64,000 nt of DNA from Ruminococcus sp. (GCA_017458845.1 JAFSZY010000041.1:24524-88523); one strand, 5' to 3'. Shown: positions 34,496-45,449, counted from the first letter of the stretch. A program made the numbers and translations. The notes: a model not told the origin generated them from the sequence alone.

Positions 34496-36373
34496 TTAAT
34501 ATGTTGTGATTACCAAAGTACTGTCAAAGCTGTTTTCGGAATAAGAACAGTCCTCGGATATCTCGATGTTTTTCAGAGAATCGCACGCTAAAAACGCGTA
34601 GTACTCTATGCTGGTTACAGTATCGGGGATGGTGACACTGGCCAGATTTTTGCTGCCGTAAAACGCCCATTTGTCGATTGCCGTCACTCCCTCGCCGATG
34701 CTTATAGATGTGATATCCGACTCATAAAACGCCTTAGTGCCGATTTCGGTAACAGTCATACCATCGATGCTTTCAGGTACGACAACATCCTTTTCTTCGC
34801 CCGTGTAGCCCGTTATTGTTATTCCGTTATTATCGTTAACAGAATAGCTGAAGCTGTTATAGCTCGTGTTTTCTCCCTCTTGATTGCCCGACACTACAAC
34901 AGCCACAGTAACACCCGCAGTCACTATAATAACAGCCGCGAGCGCTATTGCCGCAATCATCAACACCTTGGGGTTAATACGTTTTTTTGCCGTAGTGTTA
35001 GCGTCGGACTTTTGAAGCTCGTTTTTTCTTTGTTCCTTCTCGAGTTTCTTTCGTTCAGCTTCAAGCTGTTTTTTCTTTTCTTTTTCTTCCTTAGCGAGCC
35101 TTAAGCGTTCCTGCTCTTCCTTTTGTTTCTTCTCTCGCTCAATACGCTTTGCTTCCTGTTGTTTTTTCTTCTCCTGTTCTTTTCTTTCACGTTCCCTGCG
35201 TTCCTCTTCTTTGCGCTCTTGCTCTTTTCTTTCGCGTTCCTGTCTTTCATTTTCGGAGCGCTCCCGCTCGGCGCGCTCCTGCTCTAAGCGTTCTTTTTCA
35301 AGCCTTTCCTGTTCCTCTTCTTGCTGTGACTGTCTCAATTGCTCCTGCCTGTTTTGAGCCTGAACCGCAGAATTATAGTAACCGGCTCGAGGAGTATACT
35401 CGCTGATGGTCGGCATCACATTTGCCGATGTAAACGCGTTTTTAAACTCCAGCATATTTTGAAATCTGTCAGCAGGATATACGGATAACGCTTTAACCAG
35501 CGCGTCCTCGTCAGTTTTTGAAATACTGATTCCCAGATTACCGGGATAAATCAAGTCATCCTCGTCCATTCTTTCTACGGAATCAGGCGGTATCTTCCCC
35601 GTAATCGAACGGTAAAAGGTAGCCGACAGGGAATAAATATCCGTGTAGGGTCCCTGTCTGCCCCTGCGGGTATACTGCTCCTTGGGAGCGTATCCGTGCT
35701 TTAGAACCACATCGAGGCTTCGGCTTTTGTCGCCCAGGCTGTATCTTGCCGCGCCGAAATCAAGGAGCTTGATACTGCCATCCTCGGTGATATAGATATT
35801 ATCGGGACTTATATCTCTGTGTATTATTCCCTTTGAGTGGACATCCGACATAGCGTCCATTATGGGAAACAGAATATTCTTTGCCGCCGCGACGCTTATT
35901 TTGCCGCCGTTGTTCTTCAGATAGGTTTGCAGACTAATACCCTTGATGTACTCCATAACAAAATACGCGGTATTATTCTCTTCAAAATAGCTGTATACCC
36001 TGACAATGTTGGGGTTACCTATAAACTCCGCAAGCGTTTTTGCTTCGTTGAGAAAACATTCTTTTCCGTAATTAAAGCTGTCGGCTCTGTCGTCGGAATA
36101 TGTAGAAACGGTTCTCGACTCTATTCTGGTTGCCAGCGTTTCAGGGAAATACTCCTTTACAGCGCAGATCTCTTTGGTCTGATAGTTTTGGGCAACATAG
36201 GTTATTCCGAATCCGCCTTGTCCCAGCACCCGTCCTACAATGTATCTGCCCGCGAGTATAGTCCCCTTCGGCAGAGCGACGGGGTATTTACCCTTATCCT
36301 GAGACACATTATATCCGCAGCCGGGACATACGCTGCCCGAGTGCTCGTTAAAACAGTTGTAGCAAATATTCAT
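34496..36373 (-). CDS. Hanks-type Ser/Thr kinase: Zn-ribbon, kinase, E/R/K/Q-rich helix, TM, extracellular LRR_5 (BspA-type) domain
   Basis: CYNC..CPGC; LGQGGFGITY, AVKEY, HRDISPDN, DFG, YAPKEQ; TM VLMIAAIALAAVIIVTAGVTVAVVV; VVVPESIDGMTVTEIGTKAF..VTIPDTVTSIEYYAF. Confidence 0.93.
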   Translation of the reverse strand: MNICYNCFNEHSGSVCPGCGYNVSQDKGKYPVALPKGTILAGRYIVGRVLGQGGFGITYVAQNYQTKEICAVKEYFPETLATRIESRTVSTYSDDRADSFNYGKECFLNEAKTLAEFIGNPNIVRVYSYFEENNTAYFVMEYIKGISLQTYLKNNGGKISVAAAKNILFPIMDAMSDVHSKGIIHRDISPDNIYITEDGSIKLLDFGAARYSLGDKSRSLDVVLKHGYAPKEQYTRRGRQGPYTDIYSLSATFYRSITGKIPPDSVERMDEDDLIYPGNLGISISKTDEDALVKALSVYPADRFQNMLEFKNAFTSANVMPTISEYTPRAGYYNSAVQAQNRQEQLRQSQQEEEQERLEKERLEQERAERERSENERQERERKEQERKEEERRERERKEQEKKKQQEAKRIEREKKQKEEQERLRLAKEEKEKKKQLEAERKKLEKEQRKNELQKSDANTTAKKRINPKVLMIAAIALAAVIIVTAGVTVAVVVSGNQEGENTSYNSFSYSVNDNNGITITGYTGEEKDVVVPESIDGMTVTEIGTKAFYESDITSISIGEGVTAIDKWAFYGSKNLASVTIPDTVTSIEYYAFLACDSLKNIEISEDCSYSENSFDSTLVITTY

Positions 36374-36608
36374 TCCGCAATCTCCACTTCAAGATAATCC
36401 TATTATTGTCAGCTTCCGCGCCGTTATTTTTAGCACAAAAATTCATCGTTAATTACCGGGTTGTAATTAAGCATAATTTATTTATATTATAATAAATATT
36501 TCACAAGATTTCAATATGTTTTTATATTTTTTTAACATAAATAGTATTAATAAGTATTGGATAATATTGCCTCAAAGTTTTATGCTTTTATCATTAGAGG
36601 TGATATAT

Positions 36609-36938
36609 GTGAACGAGCTTACTCAACTTGTCGCGAAAAGAATAAGAACGCTCAGAAAAGAAAAAGGATACACTCAGGAAAGTCTTGCGTTTGAGGCTAA
36701 TATGCACCCGGCTCAAATCGGACACATAGAGCGGGGAATACAAAGTCCGACAATAGATACAATCGAGAAAATCATCAACGCGCTCAACATCAGCATACAG
36801 GATTTCTTTGATTTTGATGATATAAAAATAAGCGGCGAAAATACACTGAATCTGTTTTTAAACACATTATCCAAAGATGAAATCAATGATATCTCAACAA
36901 TTTTAATAATTCTGAAAAAATGGAAAACAAAGGAATAA
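36609..36938 (+). CDS. XRE-family HTH transcriptional regulator, divergent from the kinase operon
   Basis: RIRTLRKEKGYTQESLAFEANMHPAQIGHIERG; GTG start with AGAGGTG RBS. Confidence 0.88.
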   Translation: MNELTQLVAKRIRTLRKEKGYTQESLAFEANMHPAQIGHIERGIQSPTIDTIEKIINALNISIQDFFDFDDIKISGENTLNLFLNTLSKDEINDISTILIILKKWKTKE

Positions 36939-37089
36939 GAACTTAAACGGCGGTTCTAAACCAAGAGATTTTGAACCGGATTTTTGCGCAAAAAATACGG
37001 GAGGCTGTAAACCTCCCGCGGTCTGCGTATATATAACATAGAGCGGCAAATAGCAGAAAAGCTCTAAAAAAGGAGGGGTTGTCACGCGC

Positions 37090-37713
37090 TTAGCGCGACA
37101 GCTCCTCCTTTTGCTTTTTGATAACTTTCATTCTGGAGAATTCCTCTCTGTCCTTTTCGTCGAGAGCATCAGTGATGAATTTAACCGTCTCCTCAAATTT
37201 GGGTATCATAATATTTTTCAGAGCGTTGGCGCGCTTCTGAGTTTTCTTAATGGAATCAGCAAGACGATAAACACTGTTCTCAATCTCGGCGAGGTCGGCT
37301 GTGAGCACCTTAACCTCGGTGAACTTCTCGAAAGCGTTGTCCAGCGCGGTGGTGGTAGAGTTGAGTCCGAAATAGAGCCGGCTCCTGTCGGGCGCGTCCA
37401 TCTTAACAATCGGGATTTCAACGCCCATTACCGAGCGGTAATCGAGCGACAGCGACTCCTCCACGGGAATACTCTTACTGATTTCGGAGCAATAGCCGTG
37501 GATTATGTTAGCCGTCTGAAGCGCCTGATAAGCCTCGGCGTAGGTACCGTCGATTTTGCTCTGAATCGCGTTAGCTTTATCTATGAGCATCATCATCTCT
37601 CGGATGAGAATATTGCGCTTTTTGTCCATAAGCTCATATCCCATCTTTGCGAGAGCTAATGATTTTTTTGTATTCATCAAATTGCCCTTGGTGGGCACAG
37701 CCTGAACAGCCAT
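37090..37713 (-). CDS. atpD: V/A-type ATP synthase subunit D
   Basis: PTKGNLM..GYELMDKKRNIL; KTQKRANALKNIMIP. Confidence 0.95.
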   Translation of the reverse strand: MAVQAVPTKGNLMNTKKSLALAKMGYELMDKKRNILIREMMMLIDKANAIQSKIDGTYAEAYQALQTANIIHGYCSEISKSIPVEESLSLDYRSVMGVEIPIVKMDAPDRSRLYFGLNSTTTALDNAFEKFTEVKVLTADLAEIENSVYRLADSIKKTQKRANALKNIMIPKFEETVKFITDALDEKDREEFSRMKVIKKQKEELSR

Positions 37714-37750
37714 AAATACAAACCTCCAGCCTCTTTAACAGAGGTGTAAT

Positions 37751-39124
37751 TTAGCCTTTGTAGTACTTGTCGAGCAGTTCGTCGTCAACACGGTCGAGCT
37801 CTGTTCTCGGCAGGGTTGAAAGCAGCTCCCACCCCAAGTCAAGACTCTCGGTAATGTCGCGGTCCTCGTTAAAGCCCTGGTTTACAAAGCGTGTCTCAAA
37901 CAGTTTGCCGAACTGCATATATTTCTTGTCTATCGGTGAAAGCTCCTCCTCACCGATTACGGACGCGAGCGAACGCGCGTCAATAACCTTGGCGTACGAG
38001 GCGAAGAGCTGGTTAGCGAGAGCCTGGTGGTCGGCTCGTGTAAAGCCTTCGCCGATACCGTCCTTCATCAGTCGTGAAAGCGACGGAAGCACCGCAACAG
38101 GCGGATAGTAACCCTGTCCCTGCAAGGCTCGATCCAAGGTAATCTGTCCCTCGGTGATATAGCCTGTAAGGTCGGGAATCGGGTGGGTGATATCGTCGTT
38201 GGGCATTGTGAGAATCGGAATCTGAGTCACAGAGCCTTCGTGTCCCTTAATCATACCGGCTCTCTCATAGAGTGAGGCGAGGTCGGAATAAAGGTAACCG
38301 GGGTAGCCCTTACGTCCCGGGATTTCTCCCTTTGAGGACGAGAACTCACGCAGAGCCTCGGCGTATGAAGTCATATCTGTCATAATGACGAGCACGTGCA
38401 TATCGAGGTCAAACGCGAGATACTCGGCGATTGTCAGCGCGCATCTGGGAGTCAGAGTACGCTCGATAATCGGGTCGCTCGACAGGTTAAGAAGCATTAC
38501 AACGTGAGAAAGAACACCGCTCTCCTCAAAGCTCTTTCTGAAGTATTCGGCAACGTCCTTTTGGACGCCCATCGCCGCGAAAACTACACAGAAGTTGTCT
38601 TCCGTAGCGCCGCTGATTCTCGCCTGACGTACAATCTGTACGGCGAGGTCGTTGTGCTTCATACCTGAGCCCGAGAAAATCGGAAGCTTCTGTCCTCTGA
38701 TAAGAGTCATAAGGGTATCGATTGTGGAGATACCCGTGTTTATATAGTTGGTCGGGTACACGCGGGATACGGGGTTGATGGGTGTACCGTTGATGTTGCG
38801 GCGCTTTTCGGGGAAAATATCTCCGAGTCCGTCGGCGGGACGTCCCGCGCCGTCGAGCACACGTCCGACAATCTCAGGCGAGAGCGCCTGCTCCATCGGG
38901 TGTCCCGAAAGTCTTACCTTGGCGTTTACCAGGCTGATGTTTCTTGTACCCTCAAACACCTGTACGACGATTCTTTCGCCCTCAATCTGCACAACTCTGC
39001 CCTGGCGGATTGTGCCGTCCTCAAGACGGATATCAACTATTTCCTCGTTGGAAACGCCTTTGACTCCGTCTATGACTATGAGCGAGCCGTTAATTTCCTT
39101 AACGCCTACGTAATCAATTAACAC
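37751..39124 (-). CDS. atpB: V/A-type ATP synthase subunit B
   Basis: [12 protein letters not shown]; [22 protein letters not shown]; [15 protein letters not shown]. Confidence 0.97.
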   Translation of the reverse strand: MLIDYVGVKEINGSLIVIDGVKGVSNEEIVDIRLEDGTIRQGRVVQIEGERIVVQVFEGTRNISLVNAKVRLSGHPMEQALSPEIVGRVLDGAGRPADGLGDIFPEKRRNINGTPINPVSRVYPTNYINTGISTIDTLMTLIRGQKLPIFSGSGMKHNDLAVQIVRQARISGATEDNFCVVFAAMGVQKDVAEYFRKSFEESGVLSHVVMLLNLSSDPIIERTLTPRCALTIAEYLAFDLDMHVLVIMTDMTSYAEALREFSSSKGEIPGRKGYPGYLYSDLASLYERAGMIKGHEGSVTQIPILTMPNDDITHPIPDLTGYITEGQITLDRALQGQGYYPPVAVLPSLSRLMKDGIGEGFTRADHQALANQLFASYAKVIDARSLASVIGEEELSPIDKKYMQFGKLFETRFVNQGFNEDRDITESLDLGWELLSTLPRTELDRVDDELLDKYYKG

Positions 39125-39136
39125 AGCGTTCCCTCC

Positions 39137-40903
39137 TTACGTCAATGAACGTTCTAATAACGCATCAATCTTTTCGTCGATTTCCTTTTTATAGTCATCG
39201 AACATCTCGAGTTTACTGTTCGGAATATCGTACTTTATCTTTGTGAGCTTATCGAAAACTCCGAGAGCGAGCAGCTTAGAAATCGGAATTTCCTTGGCGA
39301 TAACCTCTTTAGACCTGTCATAGAGATACAGGATAACCTGCATCATTTTGAGCTGTTTCTCGAGCGGAACATAGGTATCCTCGGCATGGAAAGCGTTCTG
39401 CTGGAGGAAGCCTACTCTGATAACTTTGGCGGTTTCGATAACCAGCTTCTGGTCGTCGGGAAGCACGTCGGAGCCGATGAGCTTGACGATTTCCATAAGA
39501 GCGCTCTCCTCCTGCAAAAGAGCGGAAATTCTGTTTCTGCACTCGGTGAACTCGGGACCCAGGTGCTCGTTGAACCACGGGTCAAGGTCGTTGAAATACT
39601 CGCTGTATGAATCTATCCAGTTGATTGCGGGATAGTGTCTGGCGTAAGCCAGCGCCTTATCAAGCGCCCAGAACACGCGGGTGAAACGCTTGGTGTTCTG
39701 AGTTACGGGCTCGGAGAAGTCAGCGCCCTGAGGCGATACCGCGCCGATAATTGAAACCGAGCCGTTGTCGTGGGAAAGCGTCTGAACTCGTCCCGCTCTC
39801 TCATAGAACTCGGCGAGTCTTGACGGCAGATACGCGGGGAAGCCTTCCTCGGCGGGCATTTCCTCGAGACGTCCCGAGATTTCTCTGAGCGCCTCAGCCC
39901 AACGCGAGGTGGAATCCGCCATAATAGCTACGTCATAACCCATATCACGGTAATACTCGGCAAGAGTAATACCCGTATAAATTGAAGCCTCTCTGGCCGC
40001 AACGGGCATATTTGAGGTGTTAGCGATAAGTACCGTACGGTCGGTCATAGGTCTGCCCGACTTAGGGTCAACCAGTCCCGAGAATTCCTCAAGAACCTGA
40101 GACATCTCGTTGCCGCGCTCTCCGCAGCCTACATACACGATGATATCCGCGTCGCTCCACTTGGCGAGCTGGTGCTGGTTCATAGTTTTACCTGTACCGA
40201 AGCCGCCCGGGATAGCCGCAGTACCGCCCTTAGCAAGCGGGAACATTGTGTCCATAATACGCTGACCAGTAATGAGCGGAACGGTTGTTGGCAATCGCTT
40301 TTCAATAGGACGCGAGAAACGGATAGGCCACTTCTGGCATAGTGTCAGGTCGTGGATTTTGCCGTACTCGTCCTTAAGCTTTGCGACAGCATCAAAAAGC
40401 TTGTACTGTCCGTCGGGCATAACCTCGGTGATTTCGCCCGAAAGCTTGGGCGGTATCATAAGCCTGTGCTCGATAATATCGGTCTCGGGAATAGTGGCGT
40501 ATATTTCGCCGCTGTTCAGCTTGTCGCCAACCTTAATCTTCATCGTAACGTCCCAGAGCTTATCGGGGTCGAGCGACTCAACCTTGGAACCTCGGCTGAT
40601 GAACGCGCCCGCCTCTTTCTCGATAGCCTTAAGAGGACGTTCGATTCCGTCAAACATATTGTCAAGTATGCCCGGTCCGAGAAGAACATTCATCGGGCTG
40701 CCTGTGCCCGTAATAGGGTCGCCCGGGCGCAGTCCGGTTGTCTCCTCGTAAACCTGAACCGTTGTAAAATCGTCGGTAATGCCGATGATTTCACCTACAA
40801 GGTTCTCCTCACCGACATGTACCATTTCCATCATTTTAAATTCGGTGGGACCTTTTACCGTAATTACAGGTCCGTTAATACCGAAAATCACATTTTTATT
40901 CAT
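39137..40903 (-). CDS. atpA: V/A-type ATP synthase subunit A
   Basis: PGGFGTGKT; GCGERGNEM; [20 protein letters not shown]. Confidence 0.97.
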   Translation of the reverse strand: MNKNVIFGINGPVITVKGPTEFKMMEMVHVGEENLVGEIIGITDDFTTVQVYEETTGLRPGDPITGTGSPMNVLLGPGILDNMFDGIERPLKAIEKEAGAFISRGSKVESLDPDKLWDVTMKIKVGDKLNSGEIYATIPETDIIEHRLMIPPKLSGEITEVMPDGQYKLFDAVAKLKDEYGKIHDLTLCQKWPIRFSRPIEKRLPTTVPLITGQRIMDTMFPLAKGGTAAIPGGFGTGKTMNQHQLAKWSDADIIVYVGCGERGNEMSQVLEEFSGLVDPKSGRPMTDRTVLIANTSNMPVAAREASIYTGITLAEYYRDMGYDVAIMADSTSRWAEALREISGRLEEMPAEEGFPAYLPSRLAEFYERAGRVQTLSHDNGSVSIIGAVSPQGADFSEPVTQNTKRFTRVFWALDKALAYARHYPAINWIDSYSEYFNDLDPWFNEHLGPEFTECRNRISALLQEESALMEIVKLIGSDVLPDDQKLVIETAKVIRVGFLQQNAFHAEDTYVPLEKQLKMMQVILYLYDRSKEVIAKEIPISKLLALGVFDKLTKIKYDIPNSKLEMFDDYKKEIDEKIDALLERSLT

Positions 40904-40921
40904 AGTGTGTCATCTCACTTA

Positions 40922-41515
40922 TCAGCTGATTTTCAAATCTATATTGTCAACAAACCACTGTCTTTTATTCTCGAGCTTGCTGTCCAGAGTGTCATCGGCT
41001 ACAATGCGCAAAGCCTTGCAATATCCCCTGAGTCCGCCCAGGCGGATTTTTACGTCGCTCTGCACTTCAACGCTGCCCGAGAACGCGGACTTGATGTCGT
41101 CCGCGTATTTGAGGTCGTCCTCTTTAACATAGACGACACAGCTGTTATCTTTAAAAGAATCCGCAATCTCTTTAGCGAAAGCCAAAAGCTTATCCTTGTA
41201 CTCTGAGGAAGCCGAAAACTCCCTGAGCTTGTCGGCGGAACGCTTGAACACCTCGTCAACCATCTCGTCGCGGGTTCTGAAAATCTCGCCCTGAGCGTCC
41301 AGAGTCTTTACAGCGTACTTCGCTGTAATCTCGGTTTTTTCGGCGGAAAGGTTCTTTTTGATGTACTTCTCCGCGTCCCGCTCGCCTTTTGCCTTCGCGT
41401 CTTTGACAGCTTTGGCGCGCTTCTGCTCCATCTCCGCGATTACCTTCGCTCTTTCTTCCTCGTTATACTTCTTTATGGCGTCTAAAAAATTGCCTGACTT
41501 ATAATCTGCACTCAT
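40922..41515 (-). CDS. atpE: V/A-type ATP synthase subunit E
   Basis: N-terminal coiled coil; LGGLRGY..VADDTLDSKLE; operon position. Confidence 0.88.
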   Translation of the reverse strand: MSADYKSGNFLDAIKKYNEEERAKVIAEMEQKRAKAVKDAKAKGERDAEKYIKKNLSAEKTEITAKYAVKTLDAQGEIFRTRDEMVDEVFKRSADKLREFSASSEYKDKLLAFAKEIADSFKDNSCVVYVKEDDLKYADDIKSAFSGSVEVQSDVKIRLGGLRGYCKALRIVADDTLDSKLENKRQWFVDNIDLKIS

Positions 41516-41526
41516 ACTTACATCTC

Positions 41527-41835
41527 CTACAGCTTAACGCCGATAGCTTCCTGAACATACTTTGTAATACTGTCAGCCGTTCTTCCGTTTCCGTGGCGGT
41601 CGGGAATTTCGACTATCAAAGGACGCTGGCGGTTAAGCTTTAAGTCATAAACAAGGTCGGGGCATTTTGACACCAGAGTCTCCGTCATAAGAATAACCGC
41701 GATTTCGGGGTTGTTCATAGCCTTGAGGAGTTCTTCTCTGATGTGTTTCTCGGAGTGTACAACGACACCCTCTATACCCGCGATCCTCATACCCATCTGG
41801 GTATCAACATTATCACTGATCAGATAATACTTCAT
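41527..41835 (-). CDS. atpF: V/A-type ATP synthase subunit F
   Basis: ISDNVDTQMGMRIAGIEG; PLIVEIPDRHG. Confidence 0.92.
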   Translation of the reverse strand: MKYYLISDNVDTQMGMRIAGIEGVVVHSEKHIREELLKAMNNPEIAVILMTETLVSKCPDLVYDLKLNRQRPLIVEIPDRHGNGRTADSITKYVQEAIGVKL

Positions 41836-41837
41836 AA

Positions 41838-42260
41838 TTAGCCGTTGAGAATAAGGATTGATATAAGCATTCCGTAAAGCGCGATACCTTCGCCGAGAGC
41901 AACGAAGATGATAGCCTTACCGAAGTTTTTGGGGTCCTCAGCCGCCGCGCCGATAGCCGCGGGAGCGCCGTGTCCAACCGCGATACCGCCACCGATACAG
42001 GCGATACCTGTTGAAAGAGCCGCGCCGAGGTACTGCATACCTTTTGCTGAAGCGTCAGCCATAGGAGCGGGGTCTCCGCTTGCGGCGCCTGCTGCGAGCG
42101 GGAATATAAGACATAACGATAATACCGCTCCGAAAGAAGCGAGCTGAAGAAGCAGGGAACGCTTGGCGTTGCCCTTTTTATTGAAATTATTAGTAGCGAT
42201 AACTACGGATAAAACTAACAGTGCAACAGGCACAATCATAAATATAGCGTTTAATAACAT
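41838..42260 (-). CDS. atpK: V/A-type ATP synthase subunit K (c), single ion-binding hairpin with an N-terminal hydrophobic extension
   Basis: GAALSTGIACIGGGIAVG..AIIFVALGEGIALYG with the conserved Glu. Confidence 0.92.
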   Translation of the reverse strand: MLLNAIFMIVPVALLVLSVVIATNNFNKKGNAKRSLLLQLASFGAVLSLCLIFPLAAGAASGDPAPMADASAKGMQYLGAALSTGIACIGGGIAVGHGAPAAIGAAAEDPKNFGKAIIFVALGEGIALYGMLISILILNG

Positions 42261-42317
42261 TTTGAATTACCTCCAATTATTTATCAATACCCCTTTAAGG
42301 GTGCATATGGATTTTGA

Positions 42318-44261
42318 TTAATTCTTTACCAGGCTGAGCTTAACAGGCTCATACGGTCTGCCCTCGCCCGAATAGAACCTTGAGAACATCTCGTAATACT
42401 CAAGTCTGAGCACCTGAATGGAAACGAGCAGCGCTTCCAGAGCGCACACCAGAAGATTTCCGAATACCAGAATCGGGTAGTACGCGAAGCCGCCGGCGGT
42501 TTCCGCGAGCGTAAACACAACCTGCATCATACCCGCGTGGACAAGCACGAACGCCGCCACTCTGAGGAAACTCATTGTGTTGGACACATAGCTGAGCAGT
42601 ACCTCGATTGACTCAAAGAAGTTCTCAAGAATGAACGAGCCCCAGTTTTCGGGAGCCCAGTCCTCTTCCCTGTTGACCAGTTTCGAGAGCGGCTCTCGCA
42701 GGAATATCAGAATAAACATTATGGCGATTGTCAGGATATACGGCAGGCTTAAGAGGTTCACACCAAACACCATCAAGCCCACAAGTCCCGCGCAAATCAT
42801 TCCGTAGAACAGAAGCCCGCACAGTCCGCTAGTATCGAAAATAGCTTTTCCTATGTTCCCTTGTCTGATTGACGTGTAGATATTCAGGCACATCGCCAGA
42901 CACAACAGCGTCATTCCAATCCCAACCGCGAGGTATAGAATTGTGTTGGTAAAATGCGGCGACATTACTTCAATCGGCTTTTCTCTCATATGGAGTATAC
43001 CTTTGTAGAACCAGTCCATACCGTTCTCAAAGCCGAACACGCTTCCATACAAGGCTCCGAAAATCATACCCGAGAATCCGCAGGGCATCAGAATTTTGCC
43101 GATTGCCATCTTCTGCGAGAACCACATAAACGCTCCCGCGAGGATTACGCAGAGTCCGTGTCCTACGTCGCCGAACATTATTCCGAACAACAAAAAATAT
43201 GTAACAGCGATAAACGCCGTCGGGTCAATTTCTTTGTATTTCGGTACACCGTACATTTCCGTAAAGAACTGGAAAGGACGTGTAAAGAAAGTATTCTTAA
43301 GCTTGACGGGAGGATTGAGGTGCAGTTCATCCTTGGCGTTGCTCACGCTCACCTCGACGCTCTCGATTTTCTCAAGTTTTCTGCGGATTCCGTTCGCCTT
43401 TTTCTCTGATACCCAGCCTGTCAGACAGAAGCTCTCGCCTCTCTCCATAGCGTGGGTTCTGATGGTAAGGTCAAGATTATATTCCGACGCTTTTGTATAG
43501 TAGCCCAGAATCTCCTTTTCCTTTTCTGCCGAATAGTCCGCAATAGTCTGATTGATTTGATCGAGCTTGGATTTAAGCTTTTCAACATCCGCGTTTAAGC
43601 GCTTATAGCGCTTTTCGGGAGCTTCGTCCATATCTCCGAACGTACTTTTTTCAAAGTACAGACGCGAGAAAAGTCTTTCGGCTTGTTCGTACATTGTGTT
43701 GGGCACAAAGTACACAGCCCATACATACGAACGCTCCTCCATACAGGGGATAAACTCAATGCAGTCCATCTTAAAATTCTCTGTACCGAGCTTTTTGAGA
43801 TTTTCCTTGGGCATTCGTCCGAACACAGCCTTGACGTAATTCATACTGAGGAGTTCCTCGATGTTTGTGTTAATCGACACGAAGTGGCTTGTTTCCTCCC
43901 TCGCGCGTTTACACTCGTTGTAATCCTCCAAAAGCTCCAGACGCTGTTCTTCCCATTTCCGGACCTGTTCCAGAACCTTTTTGGAATATATTTCAAGGTC
44001 GTCGAGAGTAGGCGAAAAGTTCTTTTCCGTATGAATACATCTGGGTTTAATGGACAGAATCTTCATAATATCGAAGAACCTCAGCACAATTTCGCTGAAC
44101 GCGTTTTGCGCCGCGACTCTGTTGAAGCCCACCATATCCTTGTAAAAGTTACTGACCTCGTCAGGCTGAAAAGCCTTTGACTGCCCCAGCATAAGGCACA
44201 CGTCGTCCAAAGCTTTTTTATGTCCTATAATACTGAAAGCCTTAATGTTTTCAACACTCAA
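42318..44261 (-). CDS. atpI: V/A-type ATP synthase subunit I (a)
   Basis: LFGIMFGDVGHG; SNTMSFLRVAAF; LRLEYYEMFSRFY. Confidence 0.95.
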   Translation of the reverse strand: MSVENIKAFSIIGHKKALDDVCLMLGQSKAFQPDEVSNFYKDMVGFNRVAAQNAFSEIVLRFFDIMKILSIKPRCIHTEKNFSPTLDDLEIYSKKVLEQVRKWEEQRLELLEDYNECKRAREETSHFVSINTNIEELLSMNYVKAVFGRMPKENLKKLGTENFKMDCIEFIPCMEERSYVWAVYFVPNTMYEQAERLFSRLYFEKSTFGDMDEAPEKRYKRLNADVEKLKSKLDQINQTIADYSAEKEKEILGYYTKASEYNLDLTIRTHAMERGESFCLTGWVSEKKANGIRRKLEKIESVEVSVSNAKDELHLNPPVKLKNTFFTRPFQFFTEMYGVPKYKEIDPTAFIAVTYFLLFGIMFGDVGHGLCVILAGAFMWFSQKMAIGKILMPCGFSGMIFGALYGSVFGFENGMDWFYKGILHMREKPIEVMSPHFTNTILYLAVGIGMTLLCLAMCLNIYTSIRQGNIGKAIFDTSGLCGLLFYGMICAGLVGLMVFGVNLLSLPYILTIAIMFILIFLREPLSKLVNREEDWAPENWGSFILENFFESIEVLLSYVSNTMSFLRVAAFVLVHAGMMQVVFTLAETAGGFAYYPILVFGNLLVCALEALLVSIQVLRLEYYEMFSRFYSGEGRPYEPVKLSLVKN

Positions 44262-44312
44262 TTCAAATCACCTCCTTATTAATTCCAAACTAAAACTTAA
44301 TATATTATTAAA

Positions 44313-45332
44313 CTAATACACAAGAAGCGCTTCGATAACCTCCTTATCGACTCTGTATCGCGCTCCCTCTGTAATACAAACAAGGTTGTGCAGCTCAATA
44401 TCACACAGCACGATAAATGAAATCATAACCGTTGAGGAGCTGTCAGAGTAGTACATATTATGCTTTGCCTTTTTGTATTTTACTTTTATCTCAAGCTCAT
44501 CGACGTAATCATAGTCGACCTTATCAATGAGCTTACCTGTCTTTGTTTCCGCCATAATGTCATAAACCTCTTTTGGGGTTTCGGCGTTGCACATAGCGTC
44601 GATAACCTCGGGTTTTAAACTTCCGAACGGTATGATATGGCTTCTGATCACCTTATTGTCCGCTTTATAATGCTGCTTGATTCGAATTATGTTCAGGAAG
44701 TTCCTGAAGTCGATAATTGAGTCAAGAAATGCTTTGAGTGAGCTCCTCTCCTCCTCGCTCGTTTTTTCAATCATCTTGTAAAGCTCAACATAAAGCTGAG
44801 TGTACAGGTCGCTTTCGATTTCGGTTATCGGAATCTGCTTATTATCCTTTATGTCGTATTTCTTGAGAATCTTCTCGTAAGGTGTATTTTTAGCGGCTTC
44901 CACAAACTGTTCGAAAGTCTTAGTCTCTGCCAAAGCGTTCAAATCAATCGATGTCCTCTTGGCGATATGGGCGGGAACCGTGAAATTATACTCGCGTTTA
45001 TCCTGAGAATTGAGCACTGTCAGAATTTTGATTATCTCGTCAATTTCGGTCTTGTGAGCCACGTACTTCGAGACATAGTCGCCGACGCTGAGTTCATATC
45101 GGCATATTGTGTCAATCTCATTGATATAATACTGCCTTAAAAGGCTCTCAAAAAGTCCGCGCCTCATTCCGCGCTCGTTAGCCTCGCCAAACGCGTCAAT
45201 ATACCTGGTATTCGATTTTAAATATGCCATTACGTCGGGTACGCTCTCGCAGTTGAGAAGAGCCTTGTAGTCCTTCTCTTTCAGGCGTTTCCCGTATTTG
45301 GCCTTAGCCCGCGTATACGCCGCATAACTCAT
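44313..45332 (-). CDS. atpC: V/A-type ATP synthase subunit C (d)
   Basis: TRAKAKYGKRL; ELHNLVCITEGARY; operon position. Confidence 0.88.
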   Translation of the reverse strand: MSYAAYTRAKAKYGKRLKEKDYKALLNCESVPDVMAYLKSNTRYIDAFGEANERGMRRGLFESLLRQYYINEIDTICRYELSVGDYVSKYVAHKTEIDEIIKILTVLNSQDKREYNFTVPAHIAKRTSIDLNALAETKTFEQFVEAAKNTPYEKILKKYDIKDNKQIPITEIESDLYTQLYVELYKMIEKTSEEERSSLKAFLDSIIDFRNFLNIIRIKQHYKADNKVIRSHIIPFGSLKPEVIDAMCNAETPKEVYDIMAETKTGKLIDKVDYDYVDELEIKVKYKKAKHNMYYSDSSSTVMISFIVLCDIELHNLVCITEGARYRVDKEVIEALLVY

Positions 45333-45449
45333 TTTTTAATTTCTCCTCGTCTGACTCGTTCGTTCCTATCAAACAGACATATCCCCCTTACCTCACAGCC
45401 TCTGTGAAGTTTTGGATATGGAGGATATTGATACATCCATTCACTAAAT

